Assembly: GCA_903907175.1 (NCBI GenBank)
Contig: CAIVNB010000036.1
Location: forward strand, 1 to 53,977
Direction of reading: 5' to 3'
Length of the DNA: 53,977 nt
From: an uncultured bacterium
GTDB lineage: Bacteria; Patescibacteriota; Minisyncoccia; Phycocordibacterales; UBA9973
Every line of letters begins with the position of its first letter. Position 1 is the stretch's first letter. The translations under genes were made by a program, and so were the position numbers. The notes beneath the pieces were generated by a model. It saw only the letters and a program-made list of their open reading frames with translations. It was not told the origin of the DNA and ran no database searches. Below, in pieces: positions 27,229-37,126 of this stretch.

Positions 27229-28227
27229 ATGTTAAATCCAAATTTAAAATTAAATCCGAAAATTTTTAATGATGATGTTGAACAAGTACCAATCCGAAAA
27301 GGCTTTGGGCAAGGTTTAGTTGTTGCTGGAGAGAAAGACAAAAACGTGGTTGCACTTTGTGCTGACCTTACCGAAAGTACTCAGATGCATTTATTTGCTG
27401 AAAAGTTCCCTGAGAGATTTATTGAAATGGGTATTGCAGAACAGAATTTAGTGGGAGTTGCTAGTGGAATGGCTGCAATGGGCAAGATTCCTTTCTGTTC
27501 TTCTTATGCGATGTTTTCTCCCGGAAGAAATTGGGAACAAATTAGAACGGCAATCTCATATAATGACAGAAAAGTAGTAGTTGTTGGAAGTCATGCTGGT
27601 ATTTCGGTAGGACCCGATGGTGGCACACATCAAGCGCTCGAAGATATTGCTTTAACACGTATAATCCCTAACATGGATGTCATTTCTCCTTGTGATGCAA
27701 TTGAAGCAAAAAAAGCAACGATTCTTTTGGCTAAGACAAAAGAGCCAGCATATCTACGTTTGGCGCGCGAGAAAACACCGATTATGACTACAGACGATAC
27801 CCCATTTGAAATAGGTAAAGCACAAATTTTTTGGATGCCTGATGTAGGTCTTGCCCAGGTTGGAATAATTGTTACAGGTGCTCTAACATATAAAGCTATA
27901 GTTGCAGCAAAAGAGTTAGAGAAAGAAGGAATAAAAATAAAAGTAATGAATCTGACTTCTATCAAGCCGATAGACAAAGATGAGATTATAAAACTTGCAA
28001 AAGAAGCTAAGTTGATTGTTACAGTAGAGGAACATCAAATTGCAGGTGGGCTCGGTGGAGCCGTAGCTGAAATTTTGGCACAAAACTATCCTGTGCCGAT
28101 AGAATTTGTTGGAGTAAAAGATTTATTTGGCCAATCGGGAACTCCAAACGAACTCATTGAACACTATGGTATGGGTAAAGATTCTATAAAGGAAGCAGTT
28201 AGAAAAGTATTAAAGAGAAAAGTTTAA
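27229..28227 (+). CDS. tkt: Transketolase, C-terminal (pyrimidine-binding) subunit
   Basis: ORF track, 332 aa. Motifs: ERFIEMGIAEQN, GPDGGTHQALEDIA. Confidence 0.9.
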   Translation: MLNPNLKLNPKIFNDDVEQVPIRKGFGQGLVVAGEKDKNVVALCADLTESTQMHLFAEKFPERFIEMGIAEQNLVGVASGMAAMGKIPFCSSYAMFSPGRNWEQIRTAISYNDRKVVVVGSHAGISVGPDGGTHQALEDIALTRIIPNMDVISPCDAIEAKKATILLAKTKEPAYLRLAREKTPIMTTDDTPFEIGKAQIFWMPDVGLAQVGIIVTGALTYKAIVAAKELEKEGIKIKVMNLTSIKPIDKDEIIKLAKEAKLIVTVEEHQIAGGLGGAVAEILAQNYPVPIEFVGVKDLFGQSGTPNELIEHYGMGKDSIKEAVRKVLKRKV

Positions 28228-28228
28228 A

Positions 28229-28669
28229 TTAATTATTTTCTGTTATATTTGGGTTTATGTATTGTTGTTTCAAATCTTTTACCAAGAGCTTTTCTAGCTC
28301 TTTTTTCTTATCTTCCATTTTATTCTTTAATATATTTTTCTCATTTTCGTTATCACTATTTTCTATTTCTATCTCAAGAGCATATAATTCATCTTCTAGT
28401 TTGTCTATTTTGTCCCATAAAATATCTGCTTGTTTCAATATAAGTTGTCTTTCAGCAAGAGAGGCTTCAGTTTCTGTTCCAATTCTTTTAAAGAAATTAT
28501 CAAGAGAATAAATGATATCTGGATATTTAGTAAATCTAAATTTTACATTTTCAAAATTTTTACCAATTTTATTTTTTATTTTTTGTATTTCTTCTTCAGA
28601 AAGGTCAGATTTCCAAACTTCTTGGCCTTCTTTTAGTCGTGTTCCATTTTTTCTTTCTCCTTCATTCAT
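28229..28669 (-). CDS. Hypothetical 146-aa charged coiled-coil protein
   Basis: The ORF track entry 28229-28927 is trimmed to the internal ATG at 28669, because the upstream part overlaps the PfkB kinase gene in another frame. The gene starts 5 nt after the PfkB stop. Confidence 0.5.
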   Translation of the reverse strand: MNEGERKNGTRLKEGQEVWKSDLSEEEIQKIKNKIGKNFENVKFRFTKYPDIIYSLDNFFKRIGTETEASLAERQLILKQADILWDKIDKLEDELYALEIEIENSDNENEKNILKNKMEDKKKELEKLLVKDLKQQYINPNITENN

Positions 28670-28674
28670 AATAT

Positions 28675-29706
28675 TTAATTTATTTTTGTTGCCTTGTAAT
28701 CTGCTGGAGCATTTTTCAAATATTCTTCTAGTTTTTCGCGAGTAAGCAATCCCGCTTGGGTGCCAATGTGTTGGATTACCGACATCGGGTTGATTAGACT
28801 CCAAGAAAGTGCCTCGAGGGGAGTTTTGCCAAGAGCAAGTGCTACGGTGAAAGTTGCAGAGAAAGCATCTCCAGCGCCAGTGATTTCGAGTGGAGGAGTA
28901 GCATCCGGATAAACTGGATGATGCCAAAGTTCATCGTTAAAGTAGAGATATGCTCCACTTGCTCCATCAGAAAGAGCAACCATTTTTGGTCCTAGCGCAT
29001 GAATATCCTTCATCAATTCTAAAATGTTTTTGTCTTCTCCGACTCTTTCTTTTCCTAAAATTCTTTCAGCCTCTTCGACATTTGAGAAAAATATTTCTGT
29101 ACGGGCATAAATATCTTTCAGTTTTTCTTTCCCGAACTTTATTTGATAAGTTCCTGGCTGGAAAGCGAGTTTCACTTCTTGGTGTTTGTTTAAATATTCT
29201 ACTACTTCGGCGTGGAAGGGCAGGGAATTTTCTCCCAATGAACTAAAATAAATCCAAAGAGGATTGCATTCTTTTGACCCATTTTCCTCGGGCCAATGTC
29301 TTTCGTAGTTTTGATGTTTAACTAAAATAGTGCGGTCAATATCATACCAAAGTACGTAATTATAATTTGTAAATTTATCTTTATTTTTTTTCACAAAATC
29401 AGTACTAATGTTTTCACTTTTTAGTGTTTCTAAACATTGATTTCCATTTTGGTCATCACCGATATTTGTCATTAGGGCGGTCGAAAGCCCTAGTCTTGAG
29501 GCACACACAGCGGCATTGCCACTATTACCACCAGCCGGGATGATCGTGACTCCCTCATAGGGGATTTTATCTCCGAAACGTAAGCATAACTCGCATCCAA
29601 TTTTATCAATATTACAATGCACGTGGGCATCTTTTAATTGAATAAATGCATCTATAACAATATCCCCAATTGCAAGAAAATCTATTTTTGTTCGTTCTTT
29701 TTCCAT
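28675..29706 (-). CDS. PfkB-family carbohydrate kinase (ribokinase-like)
   Basis: ORF track, 343 aa. Motifs: GGNSGNAAVCASRLG, TGAGDAFSATF. Confidence 0.85.
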   Translation of the reverse strand: MEKERTKIDFLAIGDIVIDAFIQLKDAHVHCNIDKIGCELCLRFGDKIPYEGVTIIPAGGNSGNAAVCASRLGLSTALMTNIGDDQNGNQCLETLKSENISTDFVKKNKDKFTNYNYVLWYDIDRTILVKHQNYERHWPEENGSKECNPLWIYFSSLGENSLPFHAEVVEYLNKHQEVKLAFQPGTYQIKFGKEKLKDIYARTEIFFSNVEEAERILGKERVGEDKNILELMKDIHALGPKMVALSDGASGAYLYFNDELWHHPVYPDATPPLEITGAGDAFSATFTVALALGKTPLEALSWSLINPMSVIQHIGTQAGLLTREKLEEYLKNAPADYKATKIN

Positions 29707-29748
29707 GATAAAATTATACCATATTATAAAATATTAAAAAATAATTTT

Positions 29749-31263
29749 ATGAAATTTAGAATAACATTTATTTTAGTGTTTTTTTCTTTATTTTTAGCAA
29801 CTAATTTTGCATATGCAGCAGTAATAATAAATGAAGTTAAAATAAAACCAACTGGAGAAAGTTTTATTGAGCTTTATAATTCAAACAACACAGCGCAAGA
29901 TTTAACTGGATGGTCAATTAAACGCAAAACTGCGAGTGGAACGGAATATCCTCTTGTCTCAGCAAGTAGGATGCAAGGAAAATCAATTTTAGCTAATAGC
30001 TATTTTTTATTAGCGAATGAAGGTAATTATACTGGTATTATTACACCAGATGTAGCATGGGCGACTTCTTATAATCTTGTAAATGACAATGCAATTGTTT
30101 TATATAATGGAGCTGAAATTATTTCAAAAGTTGGATGGGGAGAAGTAAATATAAATGATTGTGATGTTGTATGTGCTTCAAATCCAGACGAAGGAAAGAG
30201 TATTCAAAAAACTTCGAACGGGTGGGTGGTTTTAAATCCTACTCCCAAAATGATTAATGAAGATAACACAATAGTGGTGTCGCCCCCTATAAGCAGTGGT
30301 GGTGGAGGTGGTCCAAGTATTCCAGCTACTACTATCGAAATAAAACCAAAGATAATTGAAGTACCGAAAATAAAAACAAAGATTATTGCTAAGGATTTAG
30401 CTTTTATTGGAATTCCTCTTGAGCTTGAAGCAAGTACTATTGGTTATTCTGGTGAAATAAGAAATTATGGGAAATACTATTGGAATTTTGGTGATGGTGA
30501 TTCAAAAGAAATAAATGCAAATCAAAATCAAAAATTTACACATACATATTACTATGAAGGAGATTATGAAATAACACTCGAATATTATTCGAATTATTAC
30601 TCTGAAGTTTCAGATACCATTAATAAATTTTTTGTTAAGGTAATCCCAGCTACGGTTTTTATTTCAAAAATTGGTGATGAAAAAGATTTTTTCATTGAGT
30701 TATCAAATGATTCTCTATATGATATTGATGTTTCAAGATGGAAGATAACATCTTCTAATAAAACTTTCGTTTTACCAAAAAATACTAGCATTGGGACAAA
30801 AAGTAAAATGATTTTATCTCCTAAAATAACCAATTTTACGATAGAAGACAAGGATAGTTTGAAGCTTTCAACATCGACAGGTGAAATTGCTTTTAGTTAC
30901 AATCCTTCTCCGCAAATAAATACTTCTGTTGCAGAAATGGGTAAAGTTATTCCAGAAACACCTATCGAAAGAGAAAAACAAGAAACTTTAACTAATACAA
31001 ATTCGGATAATAATCAAATAGAAAAAGGAATATTGCCGACCACTCCGGATCAAGATTTACAGAATGGAAATAAAAATTCTGCACTTGATCTTGCGGCATC
31101 TCCAATGCCAAGTGATACAAAAGAAGAAAATACAAATAAGTCTTATTTCTTTTTTGGAAGTTTTGTTGTATTATTACTTGTCTCTGGTGGAGTAGTTTAT
31201 TATATTCGCCAAAGAAAAAATGTCTCAAAAGTCGGAGACGATTTTAAAATTATAGATGAATAA
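29749..31263 (+). CDS. Surface protein: signal peptide, lamin-tail domain (LTD), PKD-like domain, second LTD-like domain, low-complexity linker, and C-terminal TM anchor
   Basis: The ORF track entry 29638-31263 is trimmed to ATG 29749 (MKFRITFILVFFSLFLATNFAYA). Motifs: INEV..ESFIELYN..DLTGW, WNFGDGD, FFIELSN..DVSRW. TM segment: FFFGSFVVLLLVSGGVVYYI. Confidence 0.75.
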   Translation: MKFRITFILVFFSLFLATNFAYAAVIINEVKIKPTGESFIELYNSNNTAQDLTGWSIKRKTASGTEYPLVSASRMQGKSILANSYFLLANEGNYTGIITPDVAWATSYNLVNDNAIVLYNGAEIISKVGWGEVNINDCDVVCASNPDEGKSIQKTSNGWVVLNPTPKMINEDNTIVVSPPISSGGGGGPSIPATTIEIKPKIIEVPKIKTKIIAKDLAFIGIPLELEASTIGYSGEIRNYGKYYWNFGDGDSKEINANQNQKFTHTYYYEGDYEITLEYYSNYYSEVSDTINKFFVKVIPATVFISKIGDEKDFFIELSNDSLYDIDVSRWKITSSNKTFVLPKNTSIGTKSKMILSPKITNFTIEDKDSLKLSTSTGEIAFSYNPSPQINTSVAEMGKVIPETPIEREKQETLTNTNSDNNQIEKGILPTTPDQDLQNGNKNSALDLAASPMPSDTKEENTNKSYFFFGSFVVLLLVSGGVVYYIRQRKNVSKVGDDFKIIDE

Positions 31264-31265
31264 TT

Positions 31266-31481
31266 ATGTTTAAAAATTTTTTACTTAAAAAAATGCTTCG
31301 AACACAGGGTGTGCCTGAGGCACAAATAGATATGGTCATCAATATGATGGAGAAAAATCCAGAACTTTTTAAAAAAATAGCAGAAGAGATTCAAGCTAAG
31401 ATAAAAGGTGGAATGGACCAACAGTCTGCTTCGATGGAAGTAATGGGAAAATACCAAGAAGAACTAAAAAAACTTGTATAA
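31266..31481 (+). CDS. Hypothetical 71-aa helical protein
   Basis: ORF track. It starts 2 nt after the LTD gene stop. I do not recognise a family. Confidence 0.4.
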   Translation: MFKNFLLKKMLRTQGVPEAQIDMVINMMEKNPELFKKIAEEIQAKIKGGMDQQSASMEVMGKYQEELKKLV

Positions 31482-31569
31482 ATTTTAGTGTAATTTATTT
31501 TTGCTTTGTACGTCATTTATTAAGGTAACCAATTTTTTGGTTATTTTAATAATATGTTATAATCAAATT

Positions 31570-33102
31570 ATGAAGGAAAAATTATCATTTTTTAAAAAGA
31601 AGCGTTACATTTTTGGCATTATTGCCATAGTTCTTATTATAGCCGGATATTTTATTTTTTTTAATCACAAAACAACATATCAATTTGTAACCGTGAAGAG
31701 TGGTTCTATAACCGAATCAGTTTCTCTCACAGGGAACACCACTCCACAACAAAGTCTCTCTTTAACATTTGGCGGTAGTGGGGTAATTTCTCATACGTAT
31801 TCAGATTTGGGGAAGCAAGTATCAAAAGGACAAGTATTAGCAGAACTCAACACGAGCGATCTTCTTGCTCAATTACATCAAGTACAAGCTGCTTATTTAG
31901 TTGCACAAACATCTTATGACAAACTAGTAAATGGAGCTTCGACGTCTGATATAGAAATAGCTAAGGTTGCATTGAATAATGCACAAAATACTTATAACGA
32001 TACTGTATCTCAACAGAAAGTTTTAGTTGCAAATGCATTTTCCACAATGATTAATTCTGGGCTTGTTGCCTTGCCTACAATAAGTGGTTCAAACACGACA
32101 GGCTCACCTACAATTTCAGGCACATATTCTAGTACTGAAGAAGGTGTTTACACTGTTACTATATATGCAACAGGAAATGGGGAAGCTTATTTTTCTCTTT
32201 CTGGTCTTGAAAGTGGAAGCACTGGCAAAGTTAGCACCATAGCTACTCCTCTTGGGACTCGTGGACTATTTATACAATTTCCAAGCAACAATATTTCATT
32301 TTATAACAATACTACTTGGACGATTTCCATCCCAAATGTTAAATCTTCTACTTACTTAACTTACAATAATGCATATCAATCAGCACTACAGAGTCAATCT
32401 CAGGCTATCGCTTCTGCACAAGGTGCGGTAGATTCAGCAAAAGCCAACTTAGATCAAAAAAAATCGGGGGCTCGCCCTGAAGATCTAGCCATAGCTAAAG
32501 CTCAGATACAAGGGGCACAAGCAAACGTTGAAAGCATAAAAGCCAAATTGGAAAATGCCCAAATTGTCACACCTATTAGTGGTACAATTACGCAATTTGA
32601 TGCAAAAATAGGACAACTTGCATCTCCAAACGTGCCACTTGTATCTATTATGTCGGATGGTGGATATGAAGTAGATGCAGGTGCTTCTGAAACAGACATT
32701 GGTAAAATTTCAGTTGGCGACAAAGTTTCAATGACGCTTGATGCTTTCCAGAATGAAAAATTTTTAGGATCTGTATTTTATATTGCTCCAGCAGCAACAA
32801 ATACAGGAGGGGTTATTACTTACAAAGTCAAAATCTCATTTGATAAAATTGATTTACGATTAAAGAGTGGCCTTACTGCCAATATTGATATAGAAACAAA
32901 ACACAAAGATAATATTTTAGTTCTCCCGCAATATGCTATTTTGCAAAATGATCAAGGAACATTTGTAGAAACACTTTTGAATAACAAAGTAATACAAAAT
33001 CCTGTGACCCTTGGCATTATGGATCAGAAAGGAAATGTTGAAATAATTTCTGGAGCGACGCAAGGAGAACAAGTTCTAAATATTGGACTCAAAGCATCAT
33101 AA
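31570..33102 (+). CDS. HlyD/MacA-type periplasmic adaptor (membrane fusion protein) with a large insertion in the hairpin region
   Basis: The ORF track entry 31501-33102 (TTG start) is trimmed to ATG 31570 (MKEKLSFFKKKRYIFGIIAIVLII). The biotinyl-lipoyl-like and beta-barrel segments flank coiled-coil halves. Confidence 0.75.
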   Translation: MKEKLSFFKKKRYIFGIIAIVLIIAGYFIFFNHKTTYQFVTVKSGSITESVSLTGNTTPQQSLSLTFGGSGVISHTYSDLGKQVSKGQVLAELNTSDLLAQLHQVQAAYLVAQTSYDKLVNGASTSDIEIAKVALNNAQNTYNDTVSQQKVLVANAFSTMINSGLVALPTISGSNTTGSPTISGTYSSTEEGVYTVTIYATGNGEAYFSLSGLESGSTGKVSTIATPLGTRGLFIQFPSNNISFYNNTTWTISIPNVKSSTYLTYNNAYQSALQSQSQAIASAQGAVDSAKANLDQKKSGARPEDLAIAKAQIQGAQANVESIKAKLENAQIVTPISGTITQFDAKIGQLASPNVPLVSIMSDGGYEVDAGASETDIGKISVGDKVSMTLDAFQNEKFLGSVFYIAPAATNTGGVITYKVKISFDKIDLRLKSGLTANIDIETKHKDNILVLPQYAILQNDQGTFVETLLNNKVIQNPVTLGIMDQKGNVEIISGATQGEQVLNIGLKAS

Positions 33103-33105
33103 ATA

Positions 33106-33813
33106 ATGATTGAAGTAAACAATCTAAAAAAAGAATATTTTGAAGGGGAAACAACAACGAAAGCTTTAAGAGGTGTTACTTTTTCTATTAAAAAAGGGGA
33201 ATTTGTTTCCATTATGGGACCTTCTGGTTCTGGTAAATCCACGTTGCTTCATGTTTTAAGTTTTCTTGATAGACCAACCGGAGGCACATATGAATTTGAA
33301 AATAAGAGTATTGATAAAATGAGTGATCAAGAACTTGCTCAGGTTCGAAATAAAGATATGGGCTTTGTCTTTCAATCATTCAATTTACTCTCTCGTTTGT
33401 CTGTGCATGATAATGTTGAAATACCTCTTTTGTATTCAGATATTCCACCAAACAAACGTTTAAAGCTTATAGAAGAAGCTGTCCATGCTGTTGGGCTCGA
33501 AGAAAAATTACATACAGAAGCAGGTAGACTTTCTGGTGGTCAAAAACAACGAGTGGCTATTGCTCGAGCCCTTGTGACTGACCCAAATGTTATTTTTGCT
33601 GATGAGCCGACTGGTAATCTTGACTCAGAATCTGGATTACAAGTTATGGAAATACTTGAATCATTAAATGATAAAGGACGTACCGTAATATTGGTAACAC
33701 ACGAAACTCAGACTGCTGAATTTGCCAATCGTATTATTAGAATAAAAGATGGTATGGTCGAAAGTGATAAAAAAATTATCCCAAACCGTATTCATCGCGG
33801 AAATTTAAAATAA
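33106..33813 (+). CDS. ABC transporter ATP-binding protein (MacB/LolD/FtsE class)
   Basis: ORF track, 235 aa. Walker A GPSGSGKST, signature LSGGQKQR, Walker B IFADEPTGNLD. Confidence 0.92.
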   Translation: MIEVNNLKKEYFEGETTTKALRGVTFSIKKGEFVSIMGPSGSGKSTLLHVLSFLDRPTGGTYEFENKSIDKMSDQELAQVRNKDMGFVFQSFNLLSRLSVHDNVEIPLLYSDIPPNKRLKLIEEAVHAVGLEEKLHTEAGRLSGGQKQRVAIARALVTDPNVIFADEPTGNLDSESGLQVMEILESLNDKGRTVILVTHETQTAEFANRIIRIKDGMVESDKKIIPNRIHRGNLK

Positions 33814-33814
33814 C

Positions 33815-35062
33815 ATGCTCTTTAAAGATGCTTTTAAAACTTCAACTCGTAGCCTTATGCATGGAAAGATGCGTTCTATTTTAACAATGCTTGGTATTGT
33901 TATCGGCATAGCTTCTGTAATTATCTTAATGTCTATTGGTCAGTCAGCCCAAGATCTAATCCTAGGTCAAGTTCAAAGTGTTGGTTCGAACTTAATTATT
34001 ATTACTCCTGGTGCACCCAACAATGGTAAATTTTCTTCGCCAGCTTCAGCGCAAGGAATAGTAATAACCAGTTTACAGCAAAGAGATGTTGATTCTATTA
34101 GTAGAGAACCTTCTGTAAATGAAGCAGCATCGTTTGTTAGTGGCATAGCAGAAGTTGTTTTTGGAAATAATAATAAAACGGTAAGTTATCAAGGGGTTAC
34201 TTCTAATATGTTTTCAGTAAGGAATCTTACATTAGGCAAAGGATTTGTTTTTACAAAAGGGGATGTAGATTCTGGAAACCATGTTGTAGTTATTGGGCCT
34301 GATCTTGCAAATACTTTATTTGGAACTACCTTAAGTCCAATTGATAAAACAATACGAGTAAAAAATGTTTCATTCCGTGTTGTTGGAGTGTTGAGTAAAG
34401 GTGGCGTTGGAGCTTTTGGTGTTGATCAAGGAAATATTGTTATTATGCCGATAACAGTTGCTCAGAAGCAATTACTTGGAATTTCTTATTTAAATGTAAT
34501 CCTTGCACAAGCAAATCCTACCTATGATATCAATTTTGCAAAATCACGTATAACTTTTGCATTGCGCCAGAATCATGGCATAACTGATCCAAATAAAGAT
34601 GATTTTAATATACAAACGCAAGCAGATATATTGGCAATCTTAGGGACAATTACTTCTATTTTCACATTATTTTTAGCAGCGATAGCGTCGATTTCTCTGA
34701 TAGTTGGCGGTATTGGTATTATGAATATAATGCTTGTTTCTGTTACTGAAAGAACAAGGGAAATTGGGCTCCGTAAAGCCGTCGGTGCAACAAATGGTGA
34801 TATATTACAGCAATTTTTAATTGAGTCAGTTTTGTTAACCTTCACCGGTGGTGCTATTGGAATAGCTATTGGAGGAGGGGTTGTTGGTCTTATATACATT
34901 GTTCTTAAGAATTTTTCTTCTATTGGTTGGGTTTTTGCTTTTCCTATTTCATCTGTAATCCTTGGCTTGTTAGTGTCAGGGATAGCAGGTATCGCTTTTG
35001 GAATTTATCCAGCATATCAGGCTGGCAAAAAGAACCCAATTGATGCCTTAAGATATGAATAA
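33815..35062 (+). CDS. ABC transporter permease, MacB-like (periplasmic core domain plus FtsX domain)
   Basis: ORF track, 415 aa. Motifs: MRSILTMLGIVIGIASVI, TERTREIGLRKAVGA. Confidence 0.88.
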   Translation: MLFKDAFKTSTRSLMHGKMRSILTMLGIVIGIASVIILMSIGQSAQDLILGQVQSVGSNLIIITPGAPNNGKFSSPASAQGIVITSLQQRDVDSISREPSVNEAASFVSGIAEVVFGNNNKTVSYQGVTSNMFSVRNLTLGKGFVFTKGDVDSGNHVVVIGPDLANTLFGTTLSPIDKTIRVKNVSFRVVGVLSKGGVGAFGVDQGNIVIMPITVAQKQLLGISYLNVILAQANPTYDINFAKSRITFALRQNHGITDPNKDDFNIQTQADILAILGTITSIFTLFLAAIASISLIVGGIGIMNIMLVSVTERTREIGLRKAVGATNGDILQQFLIESVLLTFTGGAIGIAIGGGVVGLIYIVLKNFSSIGWVFAFPISSVILGLLVSGIAGIAFGIYPAYQAGKKNPIDALRYE

Positions 35063-35078
35063 TATTTAATGAAAATTA

Positions 35079-35107
35079 TTGACCTTTTTATAATATTTTG
35101 TTAGAAT
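35079..35107 (+). promoter_or_regulatory. Sigma70-like promoter ahead of infA
   Basis: -35 TTGACC (35079-35084), 17-nt spacer, -10 TAGAAT (35102-35107). The ATG at 35120 implies a very short leader. Confidence 0.4.
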
Positions 35108-35119
35108 AATAAGACATAA

Positions 35120-35359
35120 ATGAGTGATCCAAAAAATGAAAAATTGTTAACTGTTCGCGGTTTAATCACAGAGGCATTACCCAGTACTCTCTTTAGAGTT
35201 AATGTAGAAAATACAGAAAAACAAGAAGGTGAAAAAGAAATTTTAGCGTATCTTTCAGGAAAAATGAGAATGCATAGAATCAAAGTTTTAATTGGAGATC
35301 ATGTTGAAGTCGTACTCGATAAGTACGGTGGGAAAGGGAGAATTGTAAAAAGGTTGTAA
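35120..35359 (+). CDS. infA: Translation initiation factor IF-1
   Basis: ORF track, 79 aa. S1-like fold motifs are present: ALPSTLFRV, LSGKMRMHRIKVLIGD. Confidence 0.9.
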   Translation: MSDPKNEKLLTVRGLITEALPSTLFRVNVENTEKQEGEKEILAYLSGKMRMHRIKVLIGDHVEVVLDKYGGKGRIVKRL

Positions 35360-35472
35360 TTTTTTTAAGAATAGTGTATTATAGTACATACAGTTAGTAA
35401 ATATGAAAAAATATTGAAAAATAAGGGTTTTTCCCTTGTTTTTAGATTATTGTACGAAAAATTAATTTTTAT

Positions 35473-35583
35473 ATGAAAATAAAATCAACAGTAAAAAAAA
35501 TTTGTGATAATTGTAAAATGGTGAAAAGGAAGAGGCATTTACGAGTAATTTGTTCGAACCCTAAGCATAAGCAAAAGCAATAA
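35473..35583 (+). CDS. rpmJ: 50S ribosomal protein L36
   Basis: This gene is not in the ORF track because it is only 36 aa. My own translation is [36 protein letters not shown]. It sits in the canonical position between infA and rpsM. Confidence 0.9.
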   Translation: MKIKSTVKKICDNCKMVKRKRHLRVICSNPKHKQKQ

Positions 35584-35592
35584 AATAAATTT

Positions 35593-35973
35593 ATGAGAAT
35601 TTTTGGAATAACAGTACCAAACGAAAAAAGATTGGAAATAGGATTGACCTGCGTATATGGCATAGGTATTTCTACTGCTCGAAAGATTTTAGATCAGGTT
35701 GGGATAGATTATGGAAAGCATGCAAAAGACTTAAATCCGGAAGAAGAAAATAAAATAAGAACGATAGTGGAAGGAATGAAAATAGAGGGGAATCTAAAAA
35801 GAGAAGTTTCTGCAAATATAAAAAGACTGAAAGATATAAAGACATATAGAGGCATTAGACATATAAAAAGATTACCAGTACGAGGCCAGAGAACAAAGAC
35901 AAATTCTAGAACAATAAGAGGTAATGTACGAAAGACAATGGCTTCAGGTAAGAGAAAAGAAAGTAAGACATAA
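35593..35973 (+). CDS. rpsM: 30S ribosomal protein S13
   Basis: ORF track, 126 aa. Motif: MRIFGITVPNEKRLEIGLTCVYGIG. Confidence 0.95.
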   Translation: MRIFGITVPNEKRLEIGLTCVYGIGISTARKILDQVGIDYGKHAKDLNPEEENKIRTIVEGMKIEGNLKREVSANIKRLKDIKTYRGIRHIKRLPVRGQRTKTNSRTIRGNVRKTMASGKRKESKT

Positions 35974-35985
35974 AAATTAATTTAA

Positions 35986-36420
35986 ATGGGAAAAACAAAA
36001 ATTACAACAGAAAAAGAGGAAGTTTTAAAAGAAGGAGAAGTAAAAACTACTTCATCAAAAACTCCGAAGAAGAAGATTACTTCTGGTATTGTTTATGTTG
36101 ACGCTACTTTTAATAATACAAAAGTTCTTTTTGCAGACAAACTAGGCAATACTTTGTTTTGGTCAAGTTCCGGTTCCCTTGGTTTTAAGGGTGCTAAAAA
36201 AGGTACACCATTTGCTGCTTCGAAAGTTGGAGAAGTGATTGGCAGTAAAGCAAATATTTTGGGTGTTAAGGATGCTGATGTTGTAGTAAGGGGAGTTGGT
36301 TCAGGTAGAGAGCCAGCAATTAGAGCTTTTATGGGTTTTGGGATAGAGATTACTTCCATAAAAGATGCTACACCTGTTCCACATAATGGACCAAAGCCTA
36401 AAAAGCCACGAAGAGTATAA
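35986..36420 (+). CDS. rpsK: 30S ribosomal protein S11
   Basis: ORF track, 144 aa. Motifs: ATFNNT, GFKGAKKGTPFAA. Confidence 0.95.
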   Translation: MGKTKITTEKEEVLKEGEVKTTSSKTPKKKITSGIVYVDATFNNTKVLFADKLGNTLFWSSSGSLGFKGAKKGTPFAASKVGEVIGSKANILGVKDADVVVRGVGSGREPAIRAFMGFGIEITSIKDATPVPHNGPKPKKPRRV

Positions 36421-36446
36421 TTTTATAATTTTCAACTTTATTTTAT

Positions 36447-37052
36447 ATGATAACTAAACCAAAATTTAAAATTTGCAGAAGACTAGGTCCAGGCGTTTAT
36501 GATAAATGTCAGACAACTAAGTTTTCGACTACTTCAGGGAAATTTGCTTCTCCTGGTGCAAAGCGTCCAAAAGCTCTCTCAGAATATGGAGCACAACTTA
36601 TTGAAAAACAAAAAATTCGATTTTCTTATGGTATTACTGAACGTCAACTTTCAAACTATGTTAAAAAAGCTTCACATATAAAGGGAGCAGGAACTGCAGT
36701 AAAGTTTTATGAAGATCTTGAATCTCGTCTTGACAATGTAGTTTATCGAATGGGACTCGCACCAAGTAGACGAGGTAGCAGACAGATGGTTTCCCATGGA
36801 CATTTTATAGTTAATGATAAAAGAGTCACTATCCCTTCATACGAAGTAAAGCCTGGAGATATAATAAAAATTCGTGAAGGATCAAAGACAAAGAAAATTT
36901 TTGAAAATATGATTGATAAATTAAAAGATTATTCTGCGCCAGCTTGGGTATCGTATGACGCTACGAAAATGGAAGGTAAAGTTTTATCAAAACCAAAAAA
37001 TATTGAAACCTTCCTTGATTTAAACGCTGTACTTGAGTTTTACAGTCGTTAA
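36447..37052 (+). CDS. rpsD: 30S ribosomal protein S4
   Basis: ORF track, 201 aa. It has an S4 domain (RLDNVVYRMGLAPSRRGSRQMVSHGH). Confidence 0.95.
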   Translation: MITKPKFKICRRLGPGVYDKCQTTKFSTTSGKFASPGAKRPKALSEYGAQLIEKQKIRFSYGITERQLSNYVKKASHIKGAGTAVKFYEDLESRLDNVVYRMGLAPSRRGSRQMVSHGHFIVNDKRVTIPSYEVKPGDIIKIREGSKTKKIFENMIDKLKDYSAPAWVSYDATKMEGKVLSKPKNIETFLDLNAVLEFYSR

Positions 37053-37126
37053 ATTATTTTAAATTTGTTTATTTCCGCTTTAAGCGGATAAGTATTATCA
37101 AAATTAAGAATTAAAATTATAAAAAT

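Noticed and set aside
28670-28927. The N-terminal 86 codons of the track ORF 28229-28927(-).
   Set aside because: This part overlaps the well-supported PfkB kinase gene (28675-29706) in another frame, and its translation is Cys/Trp/Arg-rich nonsense. The real gene most likely starts at the ATG at 28669.
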